DNA of 64,000 nucleotides from Spirochaetia bacterium (GTDB lineage: Bacteria > Spirochaetota > Spirochaetia > SP-2023), in assembly GCA_965263295.1 (NCBI GenBank), contig OZ253665.1, positions 2,240,001 through 2,304,000 on the forward strand. The letters run 5' to 3'. The position numbers and the translations under genes were made by a program. The number at the start of each line of letters is the position of its first letter. Position 1 is the first letter of the stretch. Shown here piece after piece: positions 1-10,347 of the stretch. The notes beneath the pieces were generated by a model. It did not search any database. It was not told the origin of the DNA and saw nothing but the letters and a program-made list of their open reading frames with translations.

Positions 1-41
1 AGAAGGAATATTCGCAGGATTTGCCGCATCTGGCTGTATTT

Positions 42-932
42 TCATTCTTTGATGGCCCCGACGGTCAGACCTGAAATAAAGAATCTTTGAAAGAACGGGT
101 AACTTACGAGTATCGGCACAAGGGTAAGGACGACAATGGCCATGCGCGAGCTTTCCCTGGGCAGATCGGCCATAATAGCATTCTGAGCGAATCTAATTTC
201 GGGGTTTTGCACTAGCAACTCAATATTCTGCTGGATCTTGCTGAGGAAGGTCTGCAAGGGCAAAAGATTTGGGTTGCGGATGTAGAGCAGGGCCTGAAAC
301 CAGTCATTCCAGTATGTCACGGCAGAAAAAAGGCCAATTGTCGCAATACCGGGAATCGCGATGGGCAGAATCAAGTGAAAAAAAATAGTCCATTCTCCGG
401 CGCCATCAATTCGACCTGAGTCGATAATTTCCTGCGGAATATTCTGAAGAAATGTCCGCAGCACAATGACAAAGAATGCATTGAATGCCAAAGGTAGGAT
501 CAGGGCCAGTAGGGTATCCTGCAGATGCAGAATTTTAGTCATAACCAGATAGCCGGGCACCAGGCCGCCACTGAACAACATTGTAAAGAAAATGTAGAAT
601 GTAAAAAAACGGCGGAAGGCAAAATCCTGTCGAGACAGGGCATAGCTGTACAATGACATCAGGAAGACGGCAAGTAACGTTCCGAGCACAGTGACGACGA
701 CGGATATGCCGAAGGCGCGCAGGATACTGCTGCCGTTCTCAAAAATATATTCGTAAGCATGAATGCTGAATTCGCGCGGCCAGAAATGATAGCCATTGCT
801 TATGATTGAAGCTTCGGAACTGAATGATATAGATAGAATTAACAGCAAAGGCGCGACCACCGTTAGCGCGATGACGCCCAAGACGACAGAGAGAATGGCT
901 TGATATAAAGTCGCGCGTTTTACCGATTTCAT
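42..932 (-). CDS. Carbohydrate ABC transporter permease (MalG/LplC-like)
   Basis: Multi-TM protein with FSGGLVPGY and an EAA-like loop (IPQEIIDSGRIDGAGE), ending GAIKE. Start placed at ATG 932 (MKSVKR); the ORF track extends it to 971. Confidence 0.9.
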   Translation of the reverse strand: MKSVKRATLYQAILSVVLGVIALTVVAPLLLILSISFSSEASIISNGYHFWPREFSIHAYEYIFENGSSILRAFGISVVVTVLGTLLAVFLMSLYSYALSRQDFAFRRFFTFYIFFTMLFSGGLVPGYLVMTKILHLQDTLLALILPLAFNAFFVIVLRTFLQNIPQEIIDSGRIDGAGEWTIFFHLILPIAIPGIATIGLFSAVTYWNDWFQALLYIRNPNLLPLQTFLSKIQQNIELLVQNPEIRFAQNAIMADLPRESSRMAIVVLTLVPILVSYPFFQRFFISGLTVGAIKE

Positions 933-945
933 GAACTTTACCCGC

Positions 946-1869
946 TTAAAATATGCCGCTGTTCTTATCAAATCTTTTTACAAGACTATTGCAACTGACG
1001 ATCAACAGAAACCCGACGAGGGATTGATATAGACCTGCCGCCGTGCTCATGGGAATGTCGCCCAAAGACATTAAGCTGCGATACACATAGGTATCAATTA
1101 CATCGGTTACCGGATAGAGAATGCCGTTGTCGCGGGGTATCTGGTAGAAGAGACCGAAGTCGGCGCGGAATATATTTCCGATCGCCAGCAGGGTCAAAAT
1201 AATGATCAAGCGCTTAATTTGTGGCATTGTGATATATAAAATTTCCTGGAGCATATTGGCCCCATCCATCCAGGCCGCTTCGTACAAGGACTTGTCAATA
1301 GCTAGAATGGAAGCCAGGTACAGGGATGCGCCGAAGCCAATCCCTTTCCAGTTGTTGATGATGACCAGAAGCCATGGCCATGGCTTCCAATTGCTGTACC
1401 AGTCTACCGGCTCAAAACCCATGCTAGAAAGCATTTGGTTCAATATCCCACTGCTCGGCTGTAAAAAGGCAAAACTAAAGTAACTTACGACTACCCAAGA
1501 TATGAAGTGGGGGAAGAGAATCATGGTTTGATACGCGCTGCGCAGACCCGGACTGAGCAAATAGCTTAGTGCGATGGCCAAAAGAATCGAGCTTATTGTG
1601 CCGATCAGCAGGAAGGCGCTGTTGTAGGCAATCGTGTTGCGCGTTATGACCCAGGCATCATGTGAGCCAAATAGAAAGCGGAAATTGCTTAAGCCAACCC
1701 AATCGCTAGAGATGACAGAGGAAATGAAGCCGCCGTCGAAACGCAGGTGCTTGAAGGCTAATATGACTCCGGCCATCGGGATATAAGCGAGCACAAAAAC
1801 CAGAATAAAGCCCGGCAATGCCATGGTCAGAAATGGCAGAGAACGACGAATTTTCTCTATAGAAAGCAT
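946..1869 (-). CDS. Carbohydrate ABC transporter permease (MalF/LplB-like)
   Basis: WVGLSNF, PHFISWVVV, EAA loop LYEAAWMDGA, TDVIDTYVY, AAGLYQS motifs. Confidence 0.92.
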   Translation of the reverse strand: MLSIEKIRRSLPFLTMALPGFILVFVLAYIPMAGVILAFKHLRFDGGFISSVISSDWVGLSNFRFLFGSHDAWVITRNTIAYNSAFLLIGTISSILLAIALSYLLSPGLRSAYQTMILFPHFISWVVVSYFSFAFLQPSSGILNQMLSSMGFEPVDWYSNWKPWPWLLVIINNWKGIGFGASLYLASILAIDKSLYEAAWMDGANMLQEILYITMPQIKRLIIILTLLAIGNIFRADFGLFYQIPRDNGILYPVTDVIDTYVYRSLMSLGDIPMSTAAGLYQSLVGFLLIVSCNSLVKRFDKNSGIF

Positions 1870-1921
1870 TTTTCCTTTTCCATCTAGCTAAGCTCCGCAG
1901 CTTGCGTGGATTCTACGACAG

Positions 1922-1951
1922 ATTTTATCATGCATATTTATAGTATGTCAA
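1922..1951 (-). promoter_or_regulatory. Sigma70-type promoter for the ABC permease operon
   Basis: Minus strand TTGACA (1951-1946), 18 nt spacer, TGnTAAAAT (-10 at 1927-1922). Confidence 0.6.
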
Positions 1952-1989
1952 CTATGAATTATATTTTGTTAAGTTAATTGTAGATTTAA

Positions 1990-2018
1990 TTGACAGAATG
2001 TATTTCTAATTGTAAAAT
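1990..2018 (+). promoter_or_regulatory. Sigma70-type promoter for GH130-LacI
   Basis: TTGACA (1990-1995), 17 nt spacer, TAAAAT (2013-2018); AGGAG RBS before ATG 2076. Confidence 0.65.
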
Positions 2019-2075
2019 TTTTATACATTCTGGCTGGCCGTTTAACCGACCGAATGTTTAAGGAGATGGCTACTT

Positions 2076-3062
2076 ATGAGTAGAATTATTGGAGCTCCTC
2101 TGCCTAATATTCCCTGGGAAGAAAAGCCCCAGGGATCTAAGGCCCCCCTGTGGCGCTTTGCGGGGAATCCCGTCATTCCACGGGACGCGACTCCCAATTC
2201 CAACAGTATTTTTAATAGTGCCGTCATCCCTTACCGCGGTGAGTTTGTCGGCGTTTTCCGCTGCGACGATCGCTGTCGCAGCATGAATATTTTCCTGGGA
2301 CACAGTAAAGATGGGCTCAAGTGGCAATTGGAGCTAGAACCGTTAAAGTTTGAGGGCGATTCGGAGCTTACCCGCTTTGAATATCGTTACGACCCCCGTC
2401 TGTGTAAAGTTGATGATAAGTATTACATAAGCTGGTGTAACGGATACCATGGCCCGACCATAGGCCTTGCCGAAACAGAAGACTTCACACGTTTTCGTCA
2501 ACTTGAAAATGCGTTCTTGCCATACAACCGCAATGGCGTTTTGTTTCCCCGTCGAATTAATGGCAATTTTGCCATGTACAGCCGCCCCAGTGACAATGGA
2601 CATACCGCGTTTGGCGATATTTTTTACAGTGAAAGTCCAGACATGACGTATTGGGGCAGGCATCGTTTTGTGATGGGAGCCATTCAGGGCAATACTTCCG
2701 CCTGGCAATCGACAAAAATTGGCCCTGGGCCGGTTCCTATCGAAACTTCAGAAGGCTGGTTGTTGTTTTACCACGGTGTATTGAACAGTTGTAACGGCTT
2801 TGTGTATAGTTTCGGAGTCGCTTTGATGGATCGGGAAATGCCGTGGAAAGTCTTGTGTCGAAGCCGGCCTTACTTGCTTTCCCCACAAAAAGATTATGAG
2901 TGTGTCGGCGACGTGCCGAATGTCGTTTTCCCATGTGCCGCCCTGACAGATAGCGATACCGGTCGCATGGCCATATATTACGGTTGCGCCGATACAGTCA
3001 CCGGCCTGGCTTTTGCCTACGTAGATGAGATTTTGGACTTCCTGAAAAATAATGCACTGTGA
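2076..3062 (+). CDS. GH130 beta-mannoside phosphorylase
   Basis: NSIFNSAV, YDPR, PYNRNGVLFPR, SRPSDNGHT.FGDI, VGDVPNVVFP and IYYGCADT motifs typical of GH130 phosphorylases. Confidence 0.93.
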   Translation: MSRIIGAPLPNIPWEEKPQGSKAPLWRFAGNPVIPRDATPNSNSIFNSAVIPYRGEFVGVFRCDDRCRSMNIFLGHSKDGLKWQLELEPLKFEGDSELTRFEYRYDPRLCKVDDKYYISWCNGYHGPTIGLAETEDFTRFRQLENAFLPYNRNGVLFPRRINGNFAMYSRPSDNGHTAFGDIFYSESPDMTYWGRHRFVMGAIQGNTSAWQSTKIGPGPVPIETSEGWLLFYHGVLNSCNGFVYSFGVALMDREMPWKVLCRSRPYLLSPQKDYECVGDVPNVVFPCAALTDSDTGRMAIYYGCADTVTGLAFAYVDEILDFLKNNAL

Positions 3063-3082
3063 TTTAATAAGGTTGTATTGCG

Positions 3083-4132
3083 ATGATTTCATTGCAACAG
3101 ATAGCAGACCAGTTACAGATTTCCCGAGTCACTGTCTCCAAGGTGGTCAACAATAAACCTGGGGTCGGTCTCAGAACTCGAAAAAGGATCCTAGAATGCC
3201 TTTTTAACAATGGTTACACAAAGATAGACAGCGAGCTCTTTGCTGAGTTTGGCATAGTAGAGCAAATAAGAGGAAAAGCCGCGTTGCAGACGATTGCTGT
3301 CGTCGCCACCGAACCACACTTTGCGCGATTCTGGCTGCGGATTCTCAATGGAATTTCTTCAACCCTTTCCAGTCAGGATCACCAGCTGAGTTACTATTTT
3401 TTGACGAGGGATGAGGAAAAATCCCACAAGATACCTCAGAGTCTGTTGCAGGGCAATACAGATGGCATGATCGTGCTGAATGTCTACGACAATGAAACTA
3501 TCACAGAATTGCAGAAAATTGCGATTCCCTGTGTTTTTCTCGATGCCAGCCCGCAGGCTGTACGGAAGAATTTTCAGAGTGACCTGCTCATCATCGAAGG
3601 ATACAGAACCATCTGGCAGATTGCAGAAAATTTGCTCCAACAAGGCTGCAGAGATATCGGGTTTATTGGCGATATTGAATATTCTGAAAGTATTCGCCAC
3701 CGTTGGGCTGGTTTCAGGGATGTCATGCAGCATTATTCCATAGCTTTGCGGCGGGAATTCTGTCTGCTCTCAGAGCCGTCGTCTCATTTTTATAATCAGA
3801 AAAACTTCAATGAGGCGATTTCCGCAATGCCGGGACTGCCTCGTGCGTTTATCTGCGCCAATGATTTTATTGCTTACATGCTTTTGAAGTATTTGAAGGA
3901 AAATAATTATTCCGTGCCCGGCGATGTGCTGGTTTCAGGATTTGACAATATAGGAAATCCGCTGGACGACAGCATTCCATTTTCATTGACTACTGTGGCC
4001 GTCGATGCCGAATATATCGGCTGTCGTTTAGCCGAACAGATTTTATTGCGCCTGCGGCGCCCCTCAATGCGTCTTGAGACTATTCATATTGAGCCGAATG
4101 TTATTTATGGGACTTCAACGCAGAGTTTTTAA
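3083..4132 (+). CDS. LacI-family transcriptional regulator
   Basis: N-terminal HTH (SLQQIADQLQISRVTVSKVVN) plus periplasmic-binding-like domain (AFICANDFIA, VPGDVLVSGFDN). Confidence 0.92.
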   Translation: MISLQQIADQLQISRVTVSKVVNNKPGVGLRTRKRILECLFNNGYTKIDSELFAEFGIVEQIRGKAALQTIAVVATEPHFARFWLRILNGISSTLSSQDHQLSYYFLTRDEEKSHKIPQSLLQGNTDGMIVLNVYDNETITELQKIAIPCVFLDASPQAVRKNFQSDLLIIEGYRTIWQIAENLLQQGCRDIGFIGDIEYSESIRHRWAGFRDVMQHYSIALRREFCLLSEPSSHFYNQKNFNEAISAMPGLPRAFICANDFIAYMLLKYLKENNYSVPGDVLVSGFDNIGNPLDDSIPFSLTTVAVDAEYIGCRLAEQILLRLRRPSMRLETIHIEPNVIYGTSTQSF

Positions 4133-4292
4133 AAGTGCCTATGCTTGAGCTCCCGCCCGCTAGCCGTGTCCCCACTAGCCATGCCATAACGCTGTGCGGT
4201 TGGTTTCTCATTTATTTGCTCATCTCGTTTTTCATCCCGTTTTTCATGGCTGCCGGGAGCTGTCCCCCGGCAGGGAAAGTAGCTGAGCTGAA

Positions 4293-5252
4293 CTATTCCT
4301 TTACGCCGCCTTCGGTCAGGCCGGAAGAGACCTTGCCCATGGTGGCGAGGTAGACGAGCAACACAGGAATCAGGGTCAGTACCGAAGCGGCCATGATGCG
4401 CCCCCAGATAAAGTGGGTCGAAGAGAATAGGGTTTGCAATGCAACCGGTAAAGTAAACATGGCGCGGTTTTCCTTGAGGAAAATTGAAGCAAACAAGTAC
4501 TCGTTCCAGCCGATGATAAAACAGTAGATGAATACCGATATAATCATTGGAATTGATAGGGGGATGATTATCTGGGTGATGGCGCGCAAACGTGAGCAAC
4601 CGTCGATAATGGCGGCCTCTTCTAGGGAGTATGGTATAGTGCGGAAATAATTTCCGAGCATGAAAATAGCGACGGGCAAGGTCTGCAGCACATATACCGC
4701 GCCGAGAGCCAGGGCGCGACCCACATTGCTTTGGTTGAGCCCAAACTTCACATAGATTTGGAACAGTGGGATCATCAGCAGCACGCCGTTAATCATGTAA
4801 ATCATAAGTATACTGCGTTGAATCAACTGGCGGCCCGGAAAGTTCAGGCGCGAGACGGAATAGGCCCCCATGATGGCCAAGATAATAGAGAACAAAGAAG
4901 TCAGGCCGGCAAACAGAAGGGAGTTTTTCATGTACTTTAAAAATGGGAAGATATCGCGGGTATCAATGTACTTTGCCAGGATTTTCTCGCGGGCCTCTTG
5001 CGAAAGATTAGGGCGGGCCAGGACTTTCTTGACGGAGTCTGGCAGTTTTTCCGTCTCGACATCTTGGCTCAAGCCCAACAGTTCTTTGTAGGCTTCAAAC
5101 GTGACTTCGTTGGGAATAATATTAGGTTCTTGCCATTCATTGACTGGTTTTAGCGATACTGAGAGCTGCACGATGAACGGAAACAGGCAGATAAAGATGA
5201 CCAGCAGGGCACTCAGGTAAATCGCAATATGGCGTCCGATGGAATATTTCAT
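4293..5252 (-). CDS. Carbohydrate ABC transporter permease (YcjP-like)
   Basis: EAA loop IPYSLEEAAIIDGCS, WNEYLFA, C-terminal GLTEGGVKE; hydrophilic insert after TM1. Confidence 0.9.
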   Translation of the reverse strand: MKYSIGRHIAIYLSALLVIFICLFPFIVQLSVSLKPVNEWQEPNIIPNEVTFEAYKELLGLSQDVETEKLPDSVKKVLARPNLSQEAREKILAKYIDTRDIFPFLKYMKNSLLFAGLTSLFSIILAIMGAYSVSRLNFPGRQLIQRSILMIYMINGVLLMIPLFQIYVKFGLNQSNVGRALALGAVYVLQTLPVAIFMLGNYFRTIPYSLEEAAIIDGCSRLRAITQIIIPLSIPMIISVFIYCFIIGWNEYLFASIFLKENRAMFTLPVALQTLFSSTHFIWGRIMAASVLTLIPVLLVYLATMGKVSSGLTEGGVKE

Positions 5253-5261
5253 GCCCTGCCC

Positions 5262-6119
5262 CTACCACTTTAAGATTTTTTTCACGTAGAACCATATAAA
5301 CAACGCCAAAAAAATCAGTTGGAATACTGAGATTGTCGCGGCATAGTCCTGATTGATGCTGCCGCTAAAGGCTTCGTAGTATGTATAGACGGGGACAGTC
5401 CGAACGCTGGAAGAAATCAGAAAGACGGTGTCAAAAGCGTTTAGGTTCCAGATGAAGCGCAGCAGCACAATTGTTCCGAGCACGAAGCTCACTTCTGGCA
5501 GCGTGATGTATATAAAACGCTTCCAGGGGCCGGCGCCATCAATGGCAGCAGCCTCGTAGTAGTCCTTATTAATCGACTGCAGGCGCGAGAAAATCAACAG
5601 AGTCGCGATGGCAAAGCGCTTCCAGACGTCGAAAATAATTGAAATGGCCAGGCCATACTTGGGCGCAGCCATATTGATGCGCTGATCTGTCAGGTTCCAG
5701 ATGTCGACCATGTAGTGGTTGTAGATGCCGATGACCGGGTCAAAGATAAATTTCCAGGCAAAGACGACCGAGATCACCGGCACAAAATAGGGTAGCAGAG
5801 AGACCACGCGCACGACACTGCGGCCGATGAATTTTTCATTCAGGAGTAGAGCGACGCCTAAACCGAGTAAAGTTGTGCCCGTCACGGTACCCAACAAGAA
5901 GATGGCGCTAAATCCCAGCGCCCTCCAGTAGTCCGAATCGGCAAGCAGGTGACTGTAGTTTTTTAGGCCGATGAAGGCCATGGTGCCGTCAAGGCTGACG
6001 TCAAAGAAGCTGATATAAATGTTGTACAGCAAGGGGTAGATAATCAGCAAAACGATTAAAGCCAGCGATGGCCCCATCAGGCCGAGGCCCAGCCTGGCTT
6101 CCGCGCGGTTATAGTTCAT
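5262..6119 (-). CDS. Carbohydrate ABC transporter permease (YcjO-like)
   Basis: FIGLKNY, YYEAAAIDGAGPWKRFIYITLP. Confidence 0.9.
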   Translation of the reverse strand: MNYNRAEARLGLGLMGPSLALIVLLIIYPLLYNIYISFFDVSLDGTMAFIGLKNYSHLLADSDYWRALGFSAIFLLGTVTGTTLLGLGVALLLNEKFIGRSVVRVVSLLPYFVPVISVVFAWKFIFDPVIGIYNHYMVDIWNLTDQRINMAAPKYGLAISIIFDVWKRFAIATLLIFSRLQSINKDYYEAAAIDGAGPWKRFIYITLPEVSFVLGTIVLLRFIWNLNAFDTVFLISSSVRTVPVYTYYEAFSGSINQDYAATISVFQLIFLALFIWFYVKKILKW

Positions 6120-6139
6120 GGCGAATCCTCTCTAAAAAA

Positions 6140-6188
6140 TTTAGCGCCGATTTAGCGCCAGGCGCAGAACCCCGCACTCGGCGCTAAA
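6140..6188 (-). other. Intercistronic stem-loop after the binding-protein gene
   Basis: TTTAGCGCCGA (6140-6150) and its reverse complement TCGGCGCTAAA (6178-6188). Such hairpins are common between SBP and permease genes. Confidence 0.55.
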
Positions 6189-6199
6189 ATGGACAAACC

Positions 6200-7600
6200 T
6201 CAGCGGCCCAAAATTTCGCGGGCTTTGCTGTCGGCCCACAGAATGGCATCGTCGATGGAAACGCCATCGTTGACCACCTTGCCAACCATTTGCTCTACAA
6301 CTAGCTTGGCCAAGATGCTCGCCGCGTCTGGGTAAGCCTTGCCGCCGTAGACATCAAATGCCTGAGCGTCGGCTAAACCATTGGAAATGGTGGCGAGCAT
6401 TTCGCCGCCATAGCGATTGTATAGGCCTTTAGGGTCGTCGAGAAACTCGCTGCTGGTGGCGATTTCTTTGATGGCGGGGAACATCCCGCCAATTCCCGTG
6501 TGCAGGTAGCTAATGTAGCTGTCCTTCTGCAGCATAGCCTGGACAAAGGAGCTGGCGTCGTCGCCACGTTCGGGGCCGTTATCCATGATGGTTATCCCCA
6601 GGTTCTTGCCAAAGCTGCCCTTGATACCTGAGGGTCCCTGAATTACTGGGACGAAACCGGTTTTGTTGGCCAGCTCCGGATCAAAACTGGCACCTTCGAG
6701 TTCATCAAAGTTTTCAGCTGTCAAAGAGCCCTTGGCGACATCTTCAAGGGCCAAGTCATCGAGAATATAGGTGGAGTAGAAAAACATTGCCAGGCGGTTC
6801 TGGAAGTAGTAGTCGCGGCTACGCCAGTTTTGCGGGCCAGGGGGGTTATATTGAGACAGCTTGGCATAGAATTCGAGTGTCTGACGCATTTCCGGGGTAT
6901 CAATGCCTAAGGAACCGTCGGGCTTGATCAGGTAGGCGCCGTTGGCAAGGGCGAACTGAGTAAAGACCTGGCCGGTAAAGTTAATCCCCGGATCTGTCCC
7001 GATCAAAATGCCGTATTTGTTTTCCTCTGGCTTATAAAAATACGCAGCGGCCTTTTCGATGTCATCCCAGGTTTGGGGCGGATTCAGTCCGGCCTGCTCA
7101 AACAGGTCCTTGCGGTACCAAATCCCCTGTACCCAACCGTAGTAGGGGATGGCAAAGTAGGAACCGTCGGGCAGTTGGTACTGGCTCAAAATGTCGCCGT
7201 AGCGATTCTCACCGACCTCCTCAATGGTCTTCGCGATGGCATCCTTGTTGAGCAGTTTGCTGATTGTAGAGTCCAGAAAATAAGAAAACTGGAAGCCGAC
7301 CATGTCTGGCTTGCTGTCGGCTGAGATGGCAGCGGCGAGCTTGCTCGGAAGCTCGGATTCTTCTACCGTGACCACGTTGTAATCGTTGCCGGTTTCAGCG
7401 GCCCAAACGTCACCGATCAGGGAAAGAGCCTTGATGCGCTCTGTCTCTCCGTCCGTAGTCCAGAATTCTACCTTGCTGGTGCCGCCATTTGCTCCTGTGC
7501 TGTCCGCAGATTTATTGCAGCTGGCCAATAGCAGCAAGCTCACGCCGGCAGCCAGCAGGCTGAGCCACTTGAATTTCATACTTGTTTTCATATATTTCAT
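6200..7600 (-). CDS. Sugar ABC transporter substrate-binding lipoprotein (YcjN-like)
   Basis: Lipobox LLLLAS-C; IWYRKDLFEQAGLNPPQTWDD (SBP family 1); AAGGAG RBS. Confidence 0.9.
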   Translation of the reverse strand: MKYMKTSMKFKWLSLLAAGVSLLLLASCNKSADSTGANGGTSKVEFWTTDGETERIKALSLIGDVWAAETGNDYNVVTVEESELPSKLAAAISADSKPDMVGFQFSYFLDSTISKLLNKDAIAKTIEEVGENRYGDILSQYQLPDGSYFAIPYYGWVQGIWYRKDLFEQAGLNPPQTWDDIEKAAAYFYKPEENKYGILIGTDPGINFTGQVFTQFALANGAYLIKPDGSLGIDTPEMRQTLEFYAKLSQYNPPGPQNWRSRDYYFQNRLAMFFYSTYILDDLALEDVAKGSLTAENFDELEGASFDPELANKTGFVPVIQGPSGIKGSFGKNLGITIMDNGPERGDDASSFVQAMLQKDSYISYLHTGIGGMFPAIKEIATSSEFLDDPKGLYNRYGGEMLATISNGLADAQAFDVYGGKAYPDAASILAKLVVEQMVGKVVNDGVSIDDAILWADSKAREILGR

Positions 7601-8130
7601 ATGTATATTTCTCCTTGTAAGAATAATCGTTTTTCGGATTAAAAGCTTTTCGACGTCTGGCTAATTTCAGCACGACAGTGTTTGCCCATTCAAATTTTTC
7701 TGACGTAAATGCCCAGCTAAAAATCACAAGTCATTGTAAAAAAGCTGCTGGGGCCACGCAAGCTGCCAGACGGCTTGGCATTTGCCGGCGTGGCAGAAGC
7801 CACTCCGTCTATTCAGTCTCCTCAATCACCCAATCACCTGGAGGGCAAGGCAAAAAAAAGGCGGCCAGGAATAAAGCCAAAAATAAAGCAAATAATACTG
7901 AAAATAGCTTGAATCTTTAAAAAGGTGGTGACCTGCTTTTACTAAACCCAAAAAGCATTGTCGTATACCCCTAAAAGGTAATTGCAGTTCATTGCCGGAC
8001 CGCTATCCGGCCGTCAGAGTCTGGCAAATGACCTTGTCAACCCAAACCTGGCTTCTTGTTTGTAACAAAACTTGTCCGGGCCGGCCGCACAAATTTTGTG
8101 GGAAGTGCCGATGCTTCGCGCGGACAATCT

Positions 8131-8703
8131 TTAAAACCAAAAGCGAACACCTAAGTCAATTGGGCCATCAACATGGAGCCAGAGGCGCGGCGGATTGCCC
8201 AGTCCTATGCCCAGGCCAGCAATTGGTGTGAGATTCAGGTAGATCTGGAACCATTCCCACAGCCAAAAGCTCATGCCGAGGGGCATCCGTAGGCCTGCAG
8301 ATATCCCTATGCCCTTGCGGTAGCCGTAAAACGTCCCCCCGGCACCCAGGAATATATGGAGCTCAAACCATTTTGTGGCTTGTAGAGCTTTGAGCAAAAA
8401 ATCCACATTGGCATTGATGCCGTAGCCGCCAAAGCCCAAGCCGGCAATACCCGTGCTGAATAAAAAAGACGTCTGGGGCACATGCAGAGTTATGGCTGGC
8501 AAGGCGTCCGGGAAACCGGCGACAATCCCGGTATACGGTAGGAGAGCTGCCGCGCCGACCCCACCTTTAAAACCCAGGCCCCACTTGTCGCGTTGCCGCT
8601 CAAAACTTACAGTTTGTCGGCCGACCTCTACGGCAAAGAGCTGCAGGGAGGCACTCAATACAAAACATGTAGTTAAGACAATGAAGCTGCTTCTCGTCGG
8701 CAT
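8131..8703 (-). CDS. Small outer-membrane beta-barrel protein (BAPKO_0422/DUF3996-like)
   Basis: Signal peptide, Gly-rich amphipathic strands (GLRMPLGMSF), C-terminal LGVRFWF aromatic signature. Confidence 0.65.
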   Translation of the reverse strand: MPTRSSFIVLTTCFVLSASLQLFAVEVGRQTVSFERQRDKWGLGFKGGVGAAALLPYTGIVAGFPDALPAITLHVPQTSFLFSTGIAGLGFGGYGINANVDFLLKALQATKWFELHIFLGAGGTFYGYRKGIGISAGLRMPLGMSFWLWEWFQIYLNLTPIAGLGIGLGNPPRLWLHVDGPIDLGVRFWF

Positions 8704-8819
8704 CGGCGCCCGCCTCCCAACCTATATTTACGACCTATTTTATTGTGTGAAATTGTTAGCACCTGTCAATCTGGGGCATATATTCGTCGAACTGATGCCG
8801 AAAAACTGGAAGCGAAAGA

Positions 8820-10058
8820 TCAATCCCACTGCAGGGCTCCCCCCACTTGGTATTCCGTGACACGCGTTTCAAAGAAGTTTTTTTCCTTGCTCAGGTCCAT
8901 AATCTCAGACATCCAGGGGAAGGGGTTGGGCACTCCGCTAAACTCCTCGGTCAAACCGATCTGCTGTAGGCGCCGATTGGCGATGAATTTTAAATAATCT
9001 TCCATGACGGCAGCATTCATTCCCAGCACGCCTCGCGGCATGGTGTCGCGGGCGTACTGGACCTCCAGGGCCATGCCCTGCAAAATCAGGCTGGCAGCCT
9101 GTTGCTTCATTTCTTCGTCCCAGAGATCGGGATTTTCCCGTTTGATCTGATTGATCATATCAATGCCAAAATTCAAGTGCATGGACTCGTCTCGCAAGAT
9201 GTACTGGAACTGCTCCGCGGTGCCTGTCATGCGATTGCGGCGCCCCATCGACAGGATCTGGGCAAAACCGCAATAAAAAAACATGCCTTCGAGCACACAG
9301 TAATAGGCAATCAAATTGAGCAAAAGCTTGCGGTCGTTTTCTGGCGTGCCCGTGCAGAACTGCGGGTCGGAAAGGCCGGAAGTGTAGTGCAAGCCCCAGG
9401 CGGCCTTGCGGGCGACTGACGGTATCTCGTGATACATGTTAAAGACTTCGCCCTCGTCAATTCCCAGCGATTCAATCACGTATTGGTAGGCATGTGTGTG
9501 GATGGCCTCTTCAAAACTTTGACGTAGCAGATATTGGCGGCATTCTGGGTTGGTAATATGGCGATAAACGGCCAATACAAGGTTATTGGCTACAAGGGAG
9601 TCCGCGGTAGAAAAGAAGCCCAGGTTGCGTTTGACAATGCGCTGCTCGTCTTCGCTCAGATCGCCGCTCCTCCAAAGCGCTATGTCAGCTGTCATGTTAA
9701 TTTCTTGCGGCATCCAATGGTTGGCACAAGCGTCGAGATACTTTTGCCAAGCCCAGTCATATTTAAAAGGCACCAATTGATTTAAGTCTGCGCGGCAGTT
9801 AATCATGACCTTGTCATCGACCCGGACGCGTTCAAAACTGCTGGACTCGGCCAGATCGGCACAGACGTCCAGCTCGGCGAGCAAGGCTTCTGCCTTGCTC
9901 ATGCGTTGGCCGCCTCCGTCAATCCCCCGCAGCGAGGCAAAACCGGCGGCCAGTTGCTCATTGTCGAGCAAAGGCAAAATCGCGGATTCTTCTGCGGATT
10001 TTGATTTTGTAGAGATCTCGGCATGTGCCGCGTCTTTTTCTTGATCCCATTCGGACAT
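8820..10058 (-). CDS. nrdB: Ribonucleotide reductase class Ia beta subunit
   Basis: [38 protein letters not shown] (radical Tyr), [27 protein letters not shown] before ATG 10058 (MSEWDQE). Confidence 0.96.
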   Translation of the reverse strand: MSEWDQEKDAAHAEISTKSKSAEESAILPLLDNEQLAAGFASLRGIDGGGQRMSKAEALLAELDVCADLAESSSFERVRVDDKVMINCRADLNQLVPFKYDWAWQKYLDACANHWMPQEINMTADIALWRSGDLSEDEQRIVKRNLGFFSTADSLVANNLVLAVYRHITNPECRQYLLRQSFEEAIHTHAYQYVIESLGIDEGEVFNMYHEIPSVARKAAWGLHYTSGLSDPQFCTGTPENDRKLLLNLIAYYCVLEGMFFYCGFAQILSMGRRNRMTGTAEQFQYILRDESMHLNFGIDMINQIKRENPDLWDEEMKQQAASLILQGMALEVQYARDTMPRGVLGMNAAVMEDYLKFIANRRLQQIGLTEEFSGVPNPFPWMSEIMDLSKEKNFFETRVTEYQVGGALQWD

Positions 10059-10207
10059 AAGGGGAATCCTCCATATCAATTTAAAATCAGATATCTCAAG
10101 AAATCAATAATCAATATCATTATCTTGGCTCATCGTCAAAGCTTCAAAGCACGATATCAGCTGCGCTGCTCACAATCAGATGCCCTGGCCGGGGGCGACT
10201 AATTAAT

Positions 10208-10265
10208 GTGGGGTTCTGTTGTGGATTTATTTATGGCAAATATAAATAGCTTCCACAACTCCCAC
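10208..10265. other. Long imperfect hairpin upstream of nrdB
   Basis: Nested arms GTGGG/CCCAC, GTTGTGGA (10218-25)/TCCACAAC (10252-59), TATTTAT/ATAAATA. Confidence 0.55.
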
Positions 10266-10347
10266 GGTAAAAGTGGCGCAGGGCCGTTTAGATTGCTTAG
10301 ACTGCTTAGAATCCTTGGGTTGCTTGGGACAGCACCTTGCCGATTTG

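Noticed and set aside
8820..10058. Class Ic (Mn/Fe, Chlamydia-type) R2
   Set aside because: The radical Tyr (IHTHAY) and the Asp ligand (TADSL) are present, indicating class Ia.
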